Notes: generated by a model not told the origin, from the letters alone. Counted from the stretch's first letter, positions 1 to 14,324 are shown. The stretch is DNA of 64,000 nt from Azolla caroliniana (GCA_043228905.1 JBHGNT010000011.1:20832001-20896000), one strand, 5' to 3'. Numbers and translations: made by a program.

Positions 1-2124
1 CCTTGTCACTTTGGATGCGGTACCTGGATAAACAAAAACAACCAAACAGAAATCCATGCCCTGTTAATATGAATTAATAACATGATCAAAATACAATTGG
101 CAACAGCAATTGCCTACAAACAGCATGTTAGGCTACCAAATTGATCAGTCCAAATGTAACACTCTCTGCAACCAGACCAATTTTACGTACTGAGTTGGTT
201 TGGCTTCAGATGATAAAAGTAAGCCAATGATGTTTCCAAGGCATGGTTATCTATCTCTCTTCAAACATCAAAATAAGATATTCTTGCAACCCATGAGCTA
301 AGATACAGAGTTTCGATCTGAACATATTTGGTTGCAGCAACACCGCAGCTAGCCAAACTCTTAATATTTGTTCAACCAGAAAATATTGTTCTTGCAAAGG
401 AAATGAAAAGCCTAATAGTGTTATGTATCATGAAGCGCCTGTCCCTAACCATTTATTCTTCCTCCTACTATTCCGTTTTTTAATAATTCTTATATTCCTC
501 AACTATTCAGATGTTTTAGTGATGCAATAACAAAAATAAATATTAAACCATGAGTTTATAATCTGTGTTTGAGATGATTTTATAGAACTAGGGAATCAAA
601 TAAAGCAGTAAAAAATGGCTAAAATCATGAATAAAAAACAAATACTCATTGAAATACAAAATGAGACTAACTGAGGCCAAAACAAGCTTAAAACCAAGAG
701 TAATACAGAGTTAGGGGGAGATCAGCATCCACGCTTAAGAAGATTTCCTGAACTTAACGAAGCTAAACGATCTTAAATCACAACCATAACAGAAAATTAA
801 GGGAGCAAAACAGGCAAGCTAATGAAACAAAAAAAGAGTTCAGTTGTGACAGAGACTCAGAAAGCAAATCAGCTTAAACACATCCGCACAACACAGGTTT
901 GATAACACAGCCTAAACTGACTTAGAGGTGACTCCCACCTCTAGTCTCGAGATGATACTATAGACTTAATGAAGCAAATCAAGCTTAAAATATGACCAAA
1001 ACAAAGACTACACAAGCAGAAGACGTATTAACAATAATCAAAAAACTGACATGAAGGAAAACATAAGAAAACTAGCAACCTAATGAGCAAAACAAAATAA
1101 AATAAAAACCTGTGACCAAATTAACAGATTAATAATAAATCTAAGAGACGTAAGATGCTCAATGACACAAATCAAGCTTCACATATGAGCAAAAAAAAGG
1201 ACGAAATGAGGCAGGACAAGCTTTAAACATAATGAAACAGATGGAGAATTCACGAAGCAAACAGGCCTGTAATGAAAGAAGTAAAACAATGTACCAAACA
1301 CAGACTTGACGATGCAAAACAAGCTTAAAACATAGCTAAGACAAGACATGTAGAAGCATATCATGAGCTAAACTCTGAAACTTAATTTAGCAATTAAAGG
1401 CTTAAAGAACATCCAAAACAGAGACGCGGTGAAATAAATCATGAACAGACTAGAGACTTAATGAAGCAAAATTAAGTTTAATCATGACCAAAACAGACAT
1501 TCTATTAAGCAAAAACAACTCGAACAATAAGCGAAACAAACAGGTGATGAAGCAATTCATGACCAAAACAGAGAAATGATGACGCAATTCATGCTCAAAA
1601 CAGAGACATAATAAAGCCAAAAATGAACAAAACGGAGACACTATGAAGGAAAGTCATGAGCAAATTATAGACCTAATGAAGCAAAAGCAAGCTATGACCA
1701 AAACAGAGAAACAAAAAACTTAGCTTACATTGTGACTAAAACAGAGAAACAAAAACCCAAGCTTACATCATGAGCAAAACAGGGACTTTCATAGTTGAAT
1801 TAAAACAAAAACTTAATTAATATATACAAAACAGAGAGACGAGCTTAAGAAGATCAAATCAAATCAAAATGTAAACAATGTCGTCAATAAGTATCTATGT
1901 GCTGAATTATAAATTAGATTAAATTAATAATGAGCAAAAGACGAAGATAGAGGGAGGAGGTCTAACCATCTATGTTTGAGGAAGAACCCGTCTGAAGGTG
2001 AACTCTCAAGTATATCATCAGAGGAGATAGACCCATCAGGGCGGCGAAGAAGAACATAAGGAGTTAGCTCGCAACCCACAATGGGTATATCAGAGGGTAA
2101 ATGAACCCTCACCACACTCAGCAT
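1..2124 (-). CDS. CCR4: Carbon catabolite repressor protein 4 homolog (CCR4a/b-type deadenylase), 5' part; continues off the left edge
   Basis: Exon 2124-1967 encodes MLSVVRVHLPSDIPIVGCELTPYVLLRRPDG...FFLKHRW, the characteristic plant CCR4a/b N-terminus. GT donor at 1966, CAG acceptor at 26-24. Exon 23-1 continues in frame as (W)YRIQSDK. Confidence 0.92.
640..1850. repeat. Degenerate ~40-45 bp tandem array inside CCR4 intron 1
   Basis: Recurrent unit resembling GAAGCAAATCAAGCTTAAAACATGACCAAAACAGAGACTTAAT, e.g. near 971, 1463, 1549 and 1679, with many partial copies. Confidence 0.7.
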
Positions 2125-4879
2125 TTTTCGCACTCCGCTTTCCTTGTCACATCACTGTGCAGAGTGGTGAGGACAGAGCAACATTCAGCGCGAGCCAGTA
2201 AAATCTCCATCACATATGAAAAAAGAAAGAACAAAAATTCCGCTTCTTGCTTATTTCTAAATGACTCCAGTGCGATCTTGCTGCGAGGCTATCTATGCAG
2301 GACAAACTCTATGTGTAGCTAAAAATCGTCCTGCAAGAGGATTGGTGAGGAAGTAGGGTTTTGCGTCGTTCGTCGTCTTCTTTTCTTTTCTTTTTCTTTT
2401 CTTACTTCTGGTTTTTCCAATCGGAGGTTAGAGAGAGAGACAGAGACAGAGACAGATTGATTTGACCTAGAATAGGGCCTTCCTATTAATCTCTCTCGCT
2501 CTTAATCTCTGTATGTGTGTGTGTGTGTGTGTGTGTCTGTATGTCTGAGAACTCTGAACAGAGAGAAAGAGAGGGAGAGGGGAAGAAGCCGAGGAGGTAA
2601 AAAAGCTAAAAAGCCAATGGCCATGGGATACATTATACATATATATATTATACATATGTTTCTTCTCCTCTCTTTTTCACTACAAACCCCCCCCCCCCAT
2701 TTTTAGAGGTCTTCTTCTTCTTGTGTATAATAATATATGTAGTATATATACATTACATTATACACATACATACATACATACATATATACCACGACTCGAC
2801 TAATGTTCCTCTCTAGCATCGTTGGTTCCCCCTGTCTCTGTCGACAATTCTCCGGAACTTCATCCATCCTGCGCTTTTTCCATGCCACATGGAACCATGT
2901 ATGTACACATATGTACATAATCTGCTCTGTATTCGGAGATCACTTGTGAGGAACGTGGAGCACACCCCTAGTAAATCCCATGGGTATCCGTGGAGTTGCC
3001 TTGCAAACCCCCCCCCCCCCCCCGATAAGAGCAACTCTTGATGTTTTAATGTTGTTGATCAGGAAACATGAGGTAAGATCGGTGATTCCCACCATCTTAC
3101 CCTAGCATGTTGCTCGTTGTATGGAAACATGAATGAAACTGTGGTTGGTATCAAACCTTTGAAAAATTCATGGATGGGAGAAGTTGATATATAAAAGAGA
3201 TTGATGTCGATATAATGCCAAAATAATCACGCATTAGAACTCAAGTTCGTTTTCAGAACGATAAGTCACTAAACCATTGGTGAAACAACCTCGATAACTA
3301 AGTCATTCATGAGGCATTTTGCGGTGTCAATGGTTGATTCATAACTAAAACTCATTCACAATTCACCGTGGCATTACCTTTCAAAGTGATGTACATGGCA
3401 ACTTCATAGTGGTCAAGGTCAACAATGACATGGAAAGGACATAGCTTATTGCATTTATGTACCAAATGATGTCATTCAACATAACAAACTTTGACAATGC
3501 TCGTATGAAAACCTATTTCTTGGGAGAATGATGTTTTTCTTTAGTGATTTGAAAATGGTGTGTGATGTGGTCCAATCCACCTTGATGTCTTGGTTTAATG
3601 GATGTTCTATAAACCAATGTTTGGAACTTACTAGTGAGAAGTGTTATTGCGGTATGATGCATGGAGTTAGATTTATGAGAAAGGTCGTGGTTGTACCTTT
3701 CAATATACGTATATTAGAAGAACATGGAGTAGGTTGGATTGCATGAATTCTAACTAGTTGAGTTTGGGGCTTTGGTAAGGCTAGTGTACATATGCGCATC
3801 ATTTACCCATTTTCTAGTTGTTTTGGAATGCACACATCAATCAATTCATGGTTTCAGTTGCGCATTATAAATGCAATGCCTCGCATTGAACGAAAACAGA
3901 AGATGGGTCTCATCCAACTCTTGCTAAACATATACACTAATGAATCAAACATATTTCATGTCTTCTTTGTGGACAAGGCTAGCATTTTCTATTGTAGCGG
4001 GCAATGATTCAAGCGTCATTGTTGCATGTCATTGATCGTTTAAATGCTCAAAATATATTTTAGTTCAATGCTTACTTCTCTCATAATAATGAAGTTTGAG
4101 ACTGGTCAAGCATTGACTTTTAGAGTGTATACAATATTGCAACCAAGACAAATGTTATTTTAGAATTGTGCAAAGTAGGTTTCACACACCTCACGAACTT
4201 GATCATTTTTTGTGATCATTATATGCTTTTCCTATCCTTTATGTCGTATTTGTAAAAATTTGGTAACAAATTAACATGAATACACAAGGTCAATTGGGAC
4301 CCTTTGCAATGGACGTGGTATGATCCTTATGCGGGTCATGGAACCAAAGCCATCCCTTTCTTCCAATTCACGACTAGATTGGGTCACCACATTGTAGCTG
4401 CTCAAACTGCCCGAGAGCCGGCTGCTGCAAAGGTATAACACACATAGTGTGTTCCTCATACAATTATCAGTAAGTTTTGGTAGAAAATCTAGAAACAACA
4501 ACACACTAGGCGAATTACCACGTTCCAATGGTCATTGATACATAGGTCAATACCGGTTGGGGCGTGGGAACATGGGAACTTTGGCTCTCCTAAATGTGTA
4601 GCATGCCCAAATGCAACATAATTAATCTGACATGTTCAGTGGGACTGCCTAGAGACCCATTGAATATGGCAAGCCCAGTTGATAGGTATGAACATCAGGA
4701 GGAGGGGATGACCGTTGTGATAAAAGCACAAGAGATTAATTTTTCCTGCCATCGACAATATCCACTCAACTCCTATTAATGCCAAAGCTCAAGTTGTGTG
4801 TGGAATTGGTTAGCGCAATAACTCTTTGGAGTCAATGGAAACAACAGTGTATACGGTGCATCAAGTAATGTTAATGCAA

Positions 4880-5110
4880 GAGATATGGAGTGAAGTTGTA
4901 GCCACTCTAAAGAGCCAATACAATGGCCTCATGAGCAAATACGATGGAGTTGAAAGACAACGACTAGCCTTCATCTAACAATCTCCCTTTCTTGAGTCAG
5001 TGGGCATCCATATAAAATGGAACTATCGCGTCCCTACAAGGATTTGTATATAACACTCTCATTTGTAAAATTTTATAACTAATGGAAGGAGTTTAGTTTT
5101 TTTGGAAAGA
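4880..5110 (+). repeat. Dispersed repeat copy 1 (probable TE remnant)
   Basis: GATGGAGTTGAAAGACAACGACTAGCCTTCAT...AAGGATTTGTATATAAC...ATAACTAATGGAAGG recurs at about 12898-13062 (+) and 14325-14566 (-). Confidence 0.8.
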
Positions 5111-6119
5111 AGAAGGAAGTAGTGGTTATTCAATAGTAAAATTTCAATCTTAGATTCCAGTCCATGTGTGAGTTTTTCTTTGGTGTAATAATTATTCCCA
5201 GAGGTAGTCCAAGAGGGTATCTCCTAACCGTGAGTGCATTACCTCCCTCAAAAATGATCCTTTAGGCGAGCTCCTTTGCCTCTCATGCGCTCTATTTGGG
5301 CTCAAGTGGGTTTTAGGACATTGTGGTACATGGGGAAGCAAGGAAAGTTAAGATCAATGGCTTATCTAGTATTATTAGAACTAATCTCCACCAACAAAAT
5401 TCCACGAGGTAGAGACCCAAAACACTACAGTAACCAAGTTGTATGAGAGGGTGCGATGAGAAGAACAGAAGGTCATGGTTCCCTCCCACAATAAATAAAG
5501 AGGTGTTGGTCACATCCCCGACCTTCAAAAGAGATGGCCTTGACTCTTGACCCAATCTCACATCATAACCTACACCAGTCTTGTGTACGTGCTCCACTCC
5601 AGCCATATCTATGTCTCTCTGTCTCTGATATCATGGCCATGGAAAGGGTTGTCCAATACATGCTTAAGTCTCGAACATAGACAATCGGCACTCACTATCA
5701 CATGGACTATGGACTACGTGAAAATGTTATAATTAAGGTCTCATAGATCATAAAAAGGCCTTAGAAGAAACACAATAAAACCTATGTTTGTGGATATATC
5801 ATTCATATATGTATGTATACATATTTGTAGAGTATGTATACATACATACTCTACAAATATGTATGTACAAAGTCTAATGAATCACTAAGTCTAGTCACTA
5901 GTTTTCCTCTTCACCCTCACCACAGAGGTTTTGCTGGTTTTCCTGCTCCCTGGGAACAGAGTCCCTCTTTCTCTCTGTGGGCGTCACACGCCGCTAGAAT
6001 TTTATTTTCTATTCGTTTCTTCTTCTTCTTCTTCTTCTTCTTCCTCAGATCAATGGAGCGTCTTCTCTCAGAAGAATCAAGCATTGCAGAAGAAGAAGAA
6101 GAAGAAGAAAGCTCACACC

Positions 6120-9100
6120 ATGACCAAAATTTCTTCTTCTCGCAATTACATCCAAAGAGCATCATGTCTGCCATGGATCCATACATCCCCACCTCTTCTT
6201 CTTCTACTCCTCGGATTCTCTTTTGTTTTCATGATGATGATGATGATGCTCGGATCATGGGTTTCTTTTCTGGCCTCGGAACACTTTCATCATCGGAAAA
6301 CTCACATCTCTCTCCACTCTGATCCTCAACTAGTCTTAAAGTAAGTGACCCCCACTACCTCTTAAAATTTCATCTCTAAAACCGCATTTTTTTTTCATTT
6401 ACTTAAGAGTTTTATGTGCCTATGATCTGGAAGTTGCCAACTCTTATTATTTTGAGGTTTTAGGTTGCTAATAGTTGTAAGTATATTATCATCTATGCTC
6501 GCACATGTGTATGTTTGGTATTTCTGCATGTATGTGTGTGGCATGTATATATCTATGTGTGAATATATAGCCAACAGAAAATGTTTTAAAGAATCTTTTG
6601 GATATCAATATCCTAGTTGGTAGTTATTGAAGACATAAATCAAGGTTAAATGATGCACATCACTAATGAGATGGTTTACCTAATTTTGTGATATTCCGTT
6701 GTTTTCTCTTAGTGTTGACGACGAACAATCATTGAAAGAAAAGCCGTGGGTTGAAACCCTTTCTTGGGAGCCTCGAGCTTTCCTCTATCACAATTTTCTG
6801 GTACTCCCTTTCCTATACTTTTCTCGATCTTTCTTAATTTATATTTCTGAGCACCAATCTCATCTTACTGAAATGCCTACTTTTGTACTAGTAGTTGCGC
6901 ATTTTGTGCTAGCATGCTGAATGGAAAGGATTGAAAATCAGCATAGTGTGACACACATGTTAACATTATTATTATTCCGATATGTGATTAAATGACAAGA
7001 ATGTATGACAATGAACTCCCAACAGGACTCTAAAATTCTGAGAACTTAGTGAAAAACTCTGAAATGCACCAAAGTTTTTCTTTATTTCCCTAAATGTTTT
7101 GAAGTACTGGTTACTTCCCTCAATTCCCTTGGTGGAACCCCCTCTTGAGCAATTATATGAGCTATTTGAGCAATAATATGGATGATTTATCCTCTTTCTC
7201 TTTCTTTTCGGATTTGGAGCAGAGGCATTGGGGAAATAAAGTAAAACTCTGGTGTTTCAGAGCTTTTGCCCAAAAATTATGACAATTAGACCTGTACTAG
7301 CGCAATGGCATCTGGTGTTTGACTTCTAAGTAAATGCATAAAATCACTCTTGATGCTAATCTAACCGTGTGACGAAATGCGTGTAAACCCTAACATCTGG
7401 AGTTGTCATTTTCATCGAAATCAAGAATTCTAATTCTTGGTATCTATTATGTTTTATTTAATTCTAAAGTTGCAGAGAGTAGATCAACTTGGTATCAGTT
7501 GCTCTAAGCTCTATTCAATCTTTTTGTAATTGATTTCACAGTCCAAGAAGGAATGCGAGTACCTCATCTCTCAAGCAACACCCCATATGGTGAAGTCGAC
7601 GGTCGTTGACAATGAGTCTGGAAAGAGCAAAGACAGCAGGTTATTCCACATATTCTCTTGTTCAGATTGTGTTATGTGCTCACATATAACTTTCAGCATG
7701 AATCAGCACGAAGGCCAGAGATAGGTTCCTTTGATGTTAGTAGATTTGTCAATCCACAATTGGAAAGATATGGTATGTACATTAGACATAGTTTCACTGT
7801 ACTAAATTTTCTTCCATTTGATGAGTGAGGTTTGCTCGTGCCACAATTGTGCACATATATCTAATCCAAGGGAGGTTCCTAAAACCTGAAGATTTTAAGG
7901 TTTAGATTGCTAGATCCATTTGGGGAAATTTACAGCTTTGTAATCCAAGTGCGGAGGGAATATCGGAATGGATGAGCTCCCTGAAGTTGTCCCCAGGAAA
8001 TTCTAAGAATCAGGATCCAATAAAGTATGACCACCATACGATTTCAGTGATTATAAAATTGTAACCTCCACATAAATCATGCAGGGTACGAACGAGTACA
8101 GGGATGTTCTTTGCACGCGGTCAAGATAGGATACTACAAACAATAGAGGAGAGGATCGCAGATTTCACATACATTCCCATAGGTAAGCATATCTATTTGG
8201 ATGTTCTTTAAACATATATACAAGAATTTTCATAGAGCCATTTAACTTATTCTACAAGTTGTATCGGAGACCAGAGCACGGAGAAGGAATCCAAGTTCTT
8301 CATTACGAGGTTGGGCAGAAGTATGATGCACATTTTGACTATTTTAGTGACCCATACAATATTCAAAATGGAGGACAACGTCAAGCAACAATGTTGATGT
8401 ACCTGTAAGTTGAGCATCTCTTTTATATATTAAATAGGTCATTTCTTATTAACGTGTGCATTTTTGCTCGATAAGAACTGTACAATAATAAATAAGTGCT
8501 GTTTTGATCAAATACACAAATGCCTAAAGGAGTATAATACATCCTTAAATATCTACTTTATATACAGTCGTTATAAGGGTGAAGCTCTGAAATTCCCTGC
8601 GTTGCTGTATTACCTCAGATATTCCCATGTTTTTGCCATCTCCTTAAATGCCGTTAAATCAATACTCATGCTTGAAGTTCCATGGCTTTCCCTTGTCTGT
8701 TGGTGAGAATACTCCCGCATGTCATTCGCGGGTGTTGGTTGTTGTGACGACCATGGAAAAAGAAATACAAATTGAAATAGTGTCAAAATGATGCCATCAT
8801 TTCTGCTAGATAAATCAACAATATGACCTACAGAAGTTTACCGCCAATCGACCTGCTCCAGTTTCCATGGGAATAAGATTTTACAATGGGAGCTTGGAGA
8901 AGTCAAATAGTTATCACTACCTACAGGAGTTCCTCAGTAAGTTGTATAGGAATGGTACCAAACAGTGTCAACAATGAATGTCCACTTTTTTGCTTGCAAG
9001 TCAGAAGATGGTAGGACAGTTAAGAGTTACTGCCACTGTTTACCAGGGCGTCCATTCAAAGCTTATAACCCTTCTTTTTATTTTCCAGCACTGGGCAGAT

Positions 9101-10118
9101 GTCAGAGTCTATATGTCGTGTTAGGACTTAGCAGAGTCCCGTGTTTTTAACGTACACTCTCGCTAAACTCCCTCTTGAGCAGATATATGTGCTAATTTCT
9201 CGATTATATGGTCAAATTGTCTCATGTGTATGGCCAATTCATCCCGTTCTCTCTATTTCGTGGGTTGAACAGAAGCATTTAGGGAATTAATGAAACAGAG
9301 GAACAAAAGATAAATAAAAGGGCAAAGCTCCAAGGTACTCCTGTGTTTTTCTTTTCTCGATTACTCCTGAGTTTATGCTATTTTTCAAATGATCTTGTTC
9401 AAGTCTCGACCCTTCTCGAACAATTATGTCATATTTGAGCAATTTGATGGTCAATCATCTCCCTTTTCTCTCATTTGGGGGTTTATTGGGGGCATTTAGG
9501 TAAATTCAAGTAAAATGTAGAGGTATTTGACAGTTTTTCTGAAAAATATAATCTCATTATGTATGTGTATTGTTATGAAAATGATTACATTTTCAAAATA
9601 TTTAAACTTGCTATATATGTATATTGTTGTGAACATGAATACAATTGCTTGAATTTTATAAGCATAATCCCAATAAACATTGTATTTTGTATAGTAAATT
9701 GAATGATATGAGTTTTGATTGGCAGCTCAAATGTGGAAGCTGGTGGTGAAACTATTTTTCCATCTGCAAATGTGAACAAAAGTGTGGTTATTTGTAAGAA
9801 AGATGATCTCTCAGAATGTGGGCAATCTGGCTTGGCTGTCAAACCGAGACGTGGAGATGCCTTGCTCTTCTGGAGTATGAGGCCTGATACATCTGTAGAC
9901 CCTTTGAGCCTTCATGGTAAAATAGAAGGAGCTACTTTGCATAATTTATTCTCTTGTTTTTTTTGTTTCATTGCTATCTATCCTCACATCTGCTGCTCAT
10001 TTGGTGTATACCTTTCTGTATCTTTGATTATATATATTTTACAGCTAGTTGTCCAGTCATAGATGGTAACAAGTGGTCAGCCACCAAATGGATGCATGTT
10101 AATGAATACAAGATGTGA
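6120..10118 (+). CDS. P4H: Prolyl 4-hydroxylase (2OG-Fe(II) dioxygenase, type II membrane anchor), 299 aa
   Basis: Exons 6120-6340, 6713-6800, 7542-7639, 8085-8182, 8275-8404, 9726-9916, 10045-10118; all GT-AG, total 900 nt in frame. Motifs SWEPRAFLYHNFL, KSTVVD, RVRTSTGMF, YDAHFDYF (HxD), GGETIFP, SLH, KWSATKW. Hydrophobic N-terminal segment. Confidence 0.93.
7052..7267. mobile_element. Foldback/MITE-like element in P4H intron 2
   Basis: ~43-bp imperfect inverted repeat: AAAAACTCTGAAATGCACCAAAGTTTTTCTTTATTTCCCTAAATG (7052-7096) vs CATTGGGGAAATAAAGTAAAACTCTGGTGTTTCAGAGCTTTT (7226-7267). Related sequence at about 9150-9540 and 54095-54348. No TSD identified. Confidence 0.6.
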
Positions 10119-12897
10119 TGAGTCACTGGGTTAGAAGACAAATATGAGCTTTGTTTGTCTTCCATCAACTTCCAGTGATTTTTTTGTACCAACATTGTTA
10201 CTTCTGTCGATGATAGAAGGGCGAAATAGTGAAGGGTTGAGGTCAATGGAATGACAGTGTACTTATATATTTAGCACTACCATGAAATGTTTCAGTACTG
10301 GAAGGGGTTGATGCAAAATGGCGATAGAAACACTTGATAACAGATATAAATCATTATATAGGTACTGTTTTCAAAGTTTTGAAAAGCAAATCATCAAATT
10401 AAGAACGTTTTACTTGAAAGAATTTGGAAAACCATGTAAAGGTTGTAATGAAACAAAAAGAATTGATGAGATTTGTTTCAAGAGCCATGCTTCGCAACGA
10501 TTGTGTTATTGCATTGGGGGGTCAAATATAGATTTCACAGGTGTGGATGAAGTGATTAGTGGCTCTTGATGCTCAAGAATTTTACTATATGAACATCATG
10601 GAATTGGTAGTGCATGTTGCTAAGAGAGAAATGCACGTTAGGGTTGAAAATGTATTGAAAGGGAATCTTTAATGTGTTTAAAGTTGGATCCTTATATTCA
10701 TGCTTCAATTGTCATCAAAATCTCTCAATGATGCCTGAACTTGGGACATAACTAATGCTCCAATGAAGACAACAAGTGTTTGTATTGTATATGATGGTTT
10801 TGTAGCAATGTGTGAAATCTATAATGTGAAGTGTATCTATGGCATATTGGTGTTTTAGAATATCCTCGTTCATGGAGCTGTTCATTGTGATACCATGAAG
10901 GAAATGTAATGCATTTCAAGTTCCAAGTTTCTCTAATGCATCGACCATAGGAGGTCACTGTTGTTATAACTAATCCGTAATCTTATCAGAGTTTATCCAT
11001 TGTGACATGCCTTACAGCAAAAACACCAAAGTTAGCCACAAAAAAACATCTTCGTATTCATGTGGAGAAAGATAACATTGATAGGGCTCGTCTAGTAGAA
11101 TATGCTATAACATATTAGATTGGGCATCCAAAGAAGGGCATTTTTAAGCCCCCCTTTTACACAATATGTAACTAACGCATGCTTTGTCGAAGTCATAAAA
11201 GAAAGGGTACGCACAAAGGGTGTGCACACAAACATCATGCATTGATAAATATGTAGCTATAGACTGTAAGCGCATCTCAATGAAAGGGCATCTTCAAGTT
11301 CATATTTTGCATATCATTTACATAAATATAGGCCATTTGAGCAACATAAAAATATGTATATTATATTTAAATAAAATTTGTTATACAACATTAATCTAGC
11401 AGCCGTACGTTAAAATAACCATGATAACACTAAAAATACATTTGGATTATATCTTCGTCCTAGAGTACACATCTAAATATTTGACACTATTGATTGCTAT
11501 GTATACCGAGAAATTGCTAAGGTATAGAGTTCCATTAGACTTCTTTGGAACTTTCTTTAGTATGCAAGTGTGGACAAATTCACTATTTCAACAAGATATT
11601 GGGAAATTCTCATTTGTGGGTATATGAACTTTGGCATAACAATATTAGAACAAGATGTCGTTGACAACCAATTACACACAAAAAACCATCATTCAAAAAT
11701 AAACTTGTACATCCAGATTTGATGTCTAGCTGTAATATTGGGGTGTCTTAAGATAGCGACATAAACCCTTTTTCTTGCACAATTTGATGTGGATGTGTGT
11801 GTACTTAACAATAGTTCATCAATAAAACCTCTAATCGAGTAGCATGTGGAGTTATTACAACAATGAATAATTATTTGATCTCATAAATTTTCGACCCCTT
11901 CCACTGAGTTTTTGTTTTTTATTTCTCTTCTAGTATTTAAGATGCTTATTTTATGGACAATGTATAGATAGGTGGATTTTCGGGTGGTTGTTCTGTGATG
12001 TATGAGAGAGTTGTAGATAATTGCATGATGATGAATTCATGTTTCTTCATGTTCATGGAATAGCATTAGTGTTTGTAAAGAGAAAGAAAATGCATGTTTT
12101 TTTTGTTCATGCACACTATCTCTCTAAGAAACTCGAGATCGAGACTCCTTTTTTTAGTGTATATGTGAGTTTGGATGCATCGAACAACAACATGAGGATC
12201 ATTGGGTTATTAAAGGATCTATATGCACACAACCACCTTGGATAAAACTTTCAAGTGTTGTGAATTGGGGGTGGCCTTATGAAAGGCACATTTTTTCATA
12301 CTTCAAATCAAAAGAAGAAAAGGTTTCTAGTATACTGAACTAATTTTATATTCCAATCGATAATAAAACCTTATGCTAAAAAAGAATAGCAAGCATTGCC
12401 ATGATAACAAAGGCCCAAAGAGTAATTGCCATAATAACATGCAAAAGCGTAGATGTCATCATTAACGTTGTAAAAGAATAGGTTATATCATGAAAATGTT
12501 ATCCTTCCCCTTGAGAAAACACCCCCTTGAGTAGAAACTTAAGGGCACTTGGGTTATTTCACAAATCCAGGTATGCAACCCATATTTTGCGATTAAAAGA
12601 AAAATCTAACCAATGCTGAATTATTTAATCCTCAAGGCAAATGCAAATGGGAAACTTTGGTGTCTGATCAGTTTGTTAAAATTATTATGAGGAAAAAGAA
12701 AGCCTCTAGTTTGCTATCTAGACTCATGGTTTTTTAATTCTTCAGTTTGACATTAGAAAGGATGAAGTTTTTAAAGGAAAGACTTGCACGTGAGCACAAG
12801 GTTGGAACTCCTTATTTATTTATTATCAACAATGAGTTCAATCATATAATTTAAATTAGTTCTTTCATATGAATATCAACACAAGAATGTTGGTATC

Positions 12898-13062
12898 CGA
12901 TGGAGTTGAAAGACAACGACTAGCCTTCATTCACCAATGGTTTCCCTTTCTTGAGTTAGTGGCCATCCACATAAAATGGAACTATCACATCCTTACAAGG
13001 ATTTGTATATAACCCTCATCTGTAAATTTTTATAACTAATGGAAGGGGGTTTTTTGGGAAAA
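12898..13062 (+). repeat. Dispersed repeat copy 2
   Basis: Close match by eye to 4944-5110. Confidence 0.8.
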
Positions 13063-14324
13063 AAACACATGAGAATGTTGGATAGTTTTTTAGTAATAAA
13101 TTTTAAATCTCAACTTAATAAGTATGGAATTTGATAAGTGATTTCGTATGACTCTTGAGTTTGGGGCTATGGATGGGCCATAGACCAAATAATCAAAGTA
13201 TCATTCAGGCTCAAGATCCAAGGATGGCCAAATCCCCACTTCCAACAAAAAATCAAGCCTTCCAAATGAAGCAACGTGCCAATCACTTGATCACCCTGAA
13301 GATAATTCCCAAGGCATATGAACATCAACGACGATTCAAATATTACATAGAGCATTGCGGACTTGTAGATCTTTCCAATAACTTCTCCTTGTTACGAATA
13401 ACTTCTACCTCTTTCCACATTCTTTTGGATAAGAAAGATCACCATTCTAGGACTTGCTAAACAGTTCTAGGTATTCAGGAAACTTAAAGATCTTTCAAAA
13501 ATTTGCATAGCTTATCAACATAATAGAAGAGTCAAACAACTTCTATATCTTCTTTATTTATTGCGAAAACTTCTAGGCCACATGGTGATATTCCAAGAAG
13601 GATTATTGTGTATGTGGTAAAAAGAGTAGATTTATCCTTATGAAGTTGTAAATAAAGTAAGCTTCGTGATCATCAACACCTCTTACCTATTTGTCCAATG
13701 ACATTCAATAAGTAACATCATAACCCTAGTTGGAAAGAAGCTCCAATAATGAACACGAAACATATATTTCAAAAGAAAACTTGGGTAAAATGTGCATTAT
13801 TTCTTTTGAACAAAAACATTGACTCGTGTAGAGAGAGAAAGGAAACAAATCGTTTATGCATCTCCTAGATTAGATAAATACATATGAAGGGCAATGAGTT
13901 TCGTATTTGCATCTATTACATAAAAGCATCCATTCACATCCCATATCTCCACCTCTCATGTGCTACAACATCATGGGATTGCAGAAATATTATTATAAAC
14001 CTTATATTAGTTAATATCCTTGAATTCAATGTCAATATTTTATAATGTTGTTCATAATATTTGGTACTCCATGACTATGCAAATCTCATAGTACATAGTA
14101 GACGATCATAAAAGTAAGAGAAAATATAGATCTTCATAATGTTTCTAGATAATGTTGATCAAGTTACTACACATAATTGAGATCTACAAATTTGAAAGAG
14201 AGGAATTTCAAACCTTTTATCTTCTTTTTCACATGATGTACAATCTTTTGAGTCCCTTAGAGACCCCAATCTCGATCTATCGAGTTAAAATAATTAACCT
14301 TATTAGGTTTCTCTCATACATATG

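Noticed and set aside
1179-1641. Hydrophobic minus-strand ORFs
   Set aside because: By-products of the T-rich repeat array in CCR4 intron 1; no recognisable motif.
3000-5750. Possible additional retroelement or transposase (TGGTATCA at about 3146 and short ORFs)
   Set aside because: No LTR pair, TSD or recognisable protein motif. Probably old TE debris, but unclassifiable by eye.
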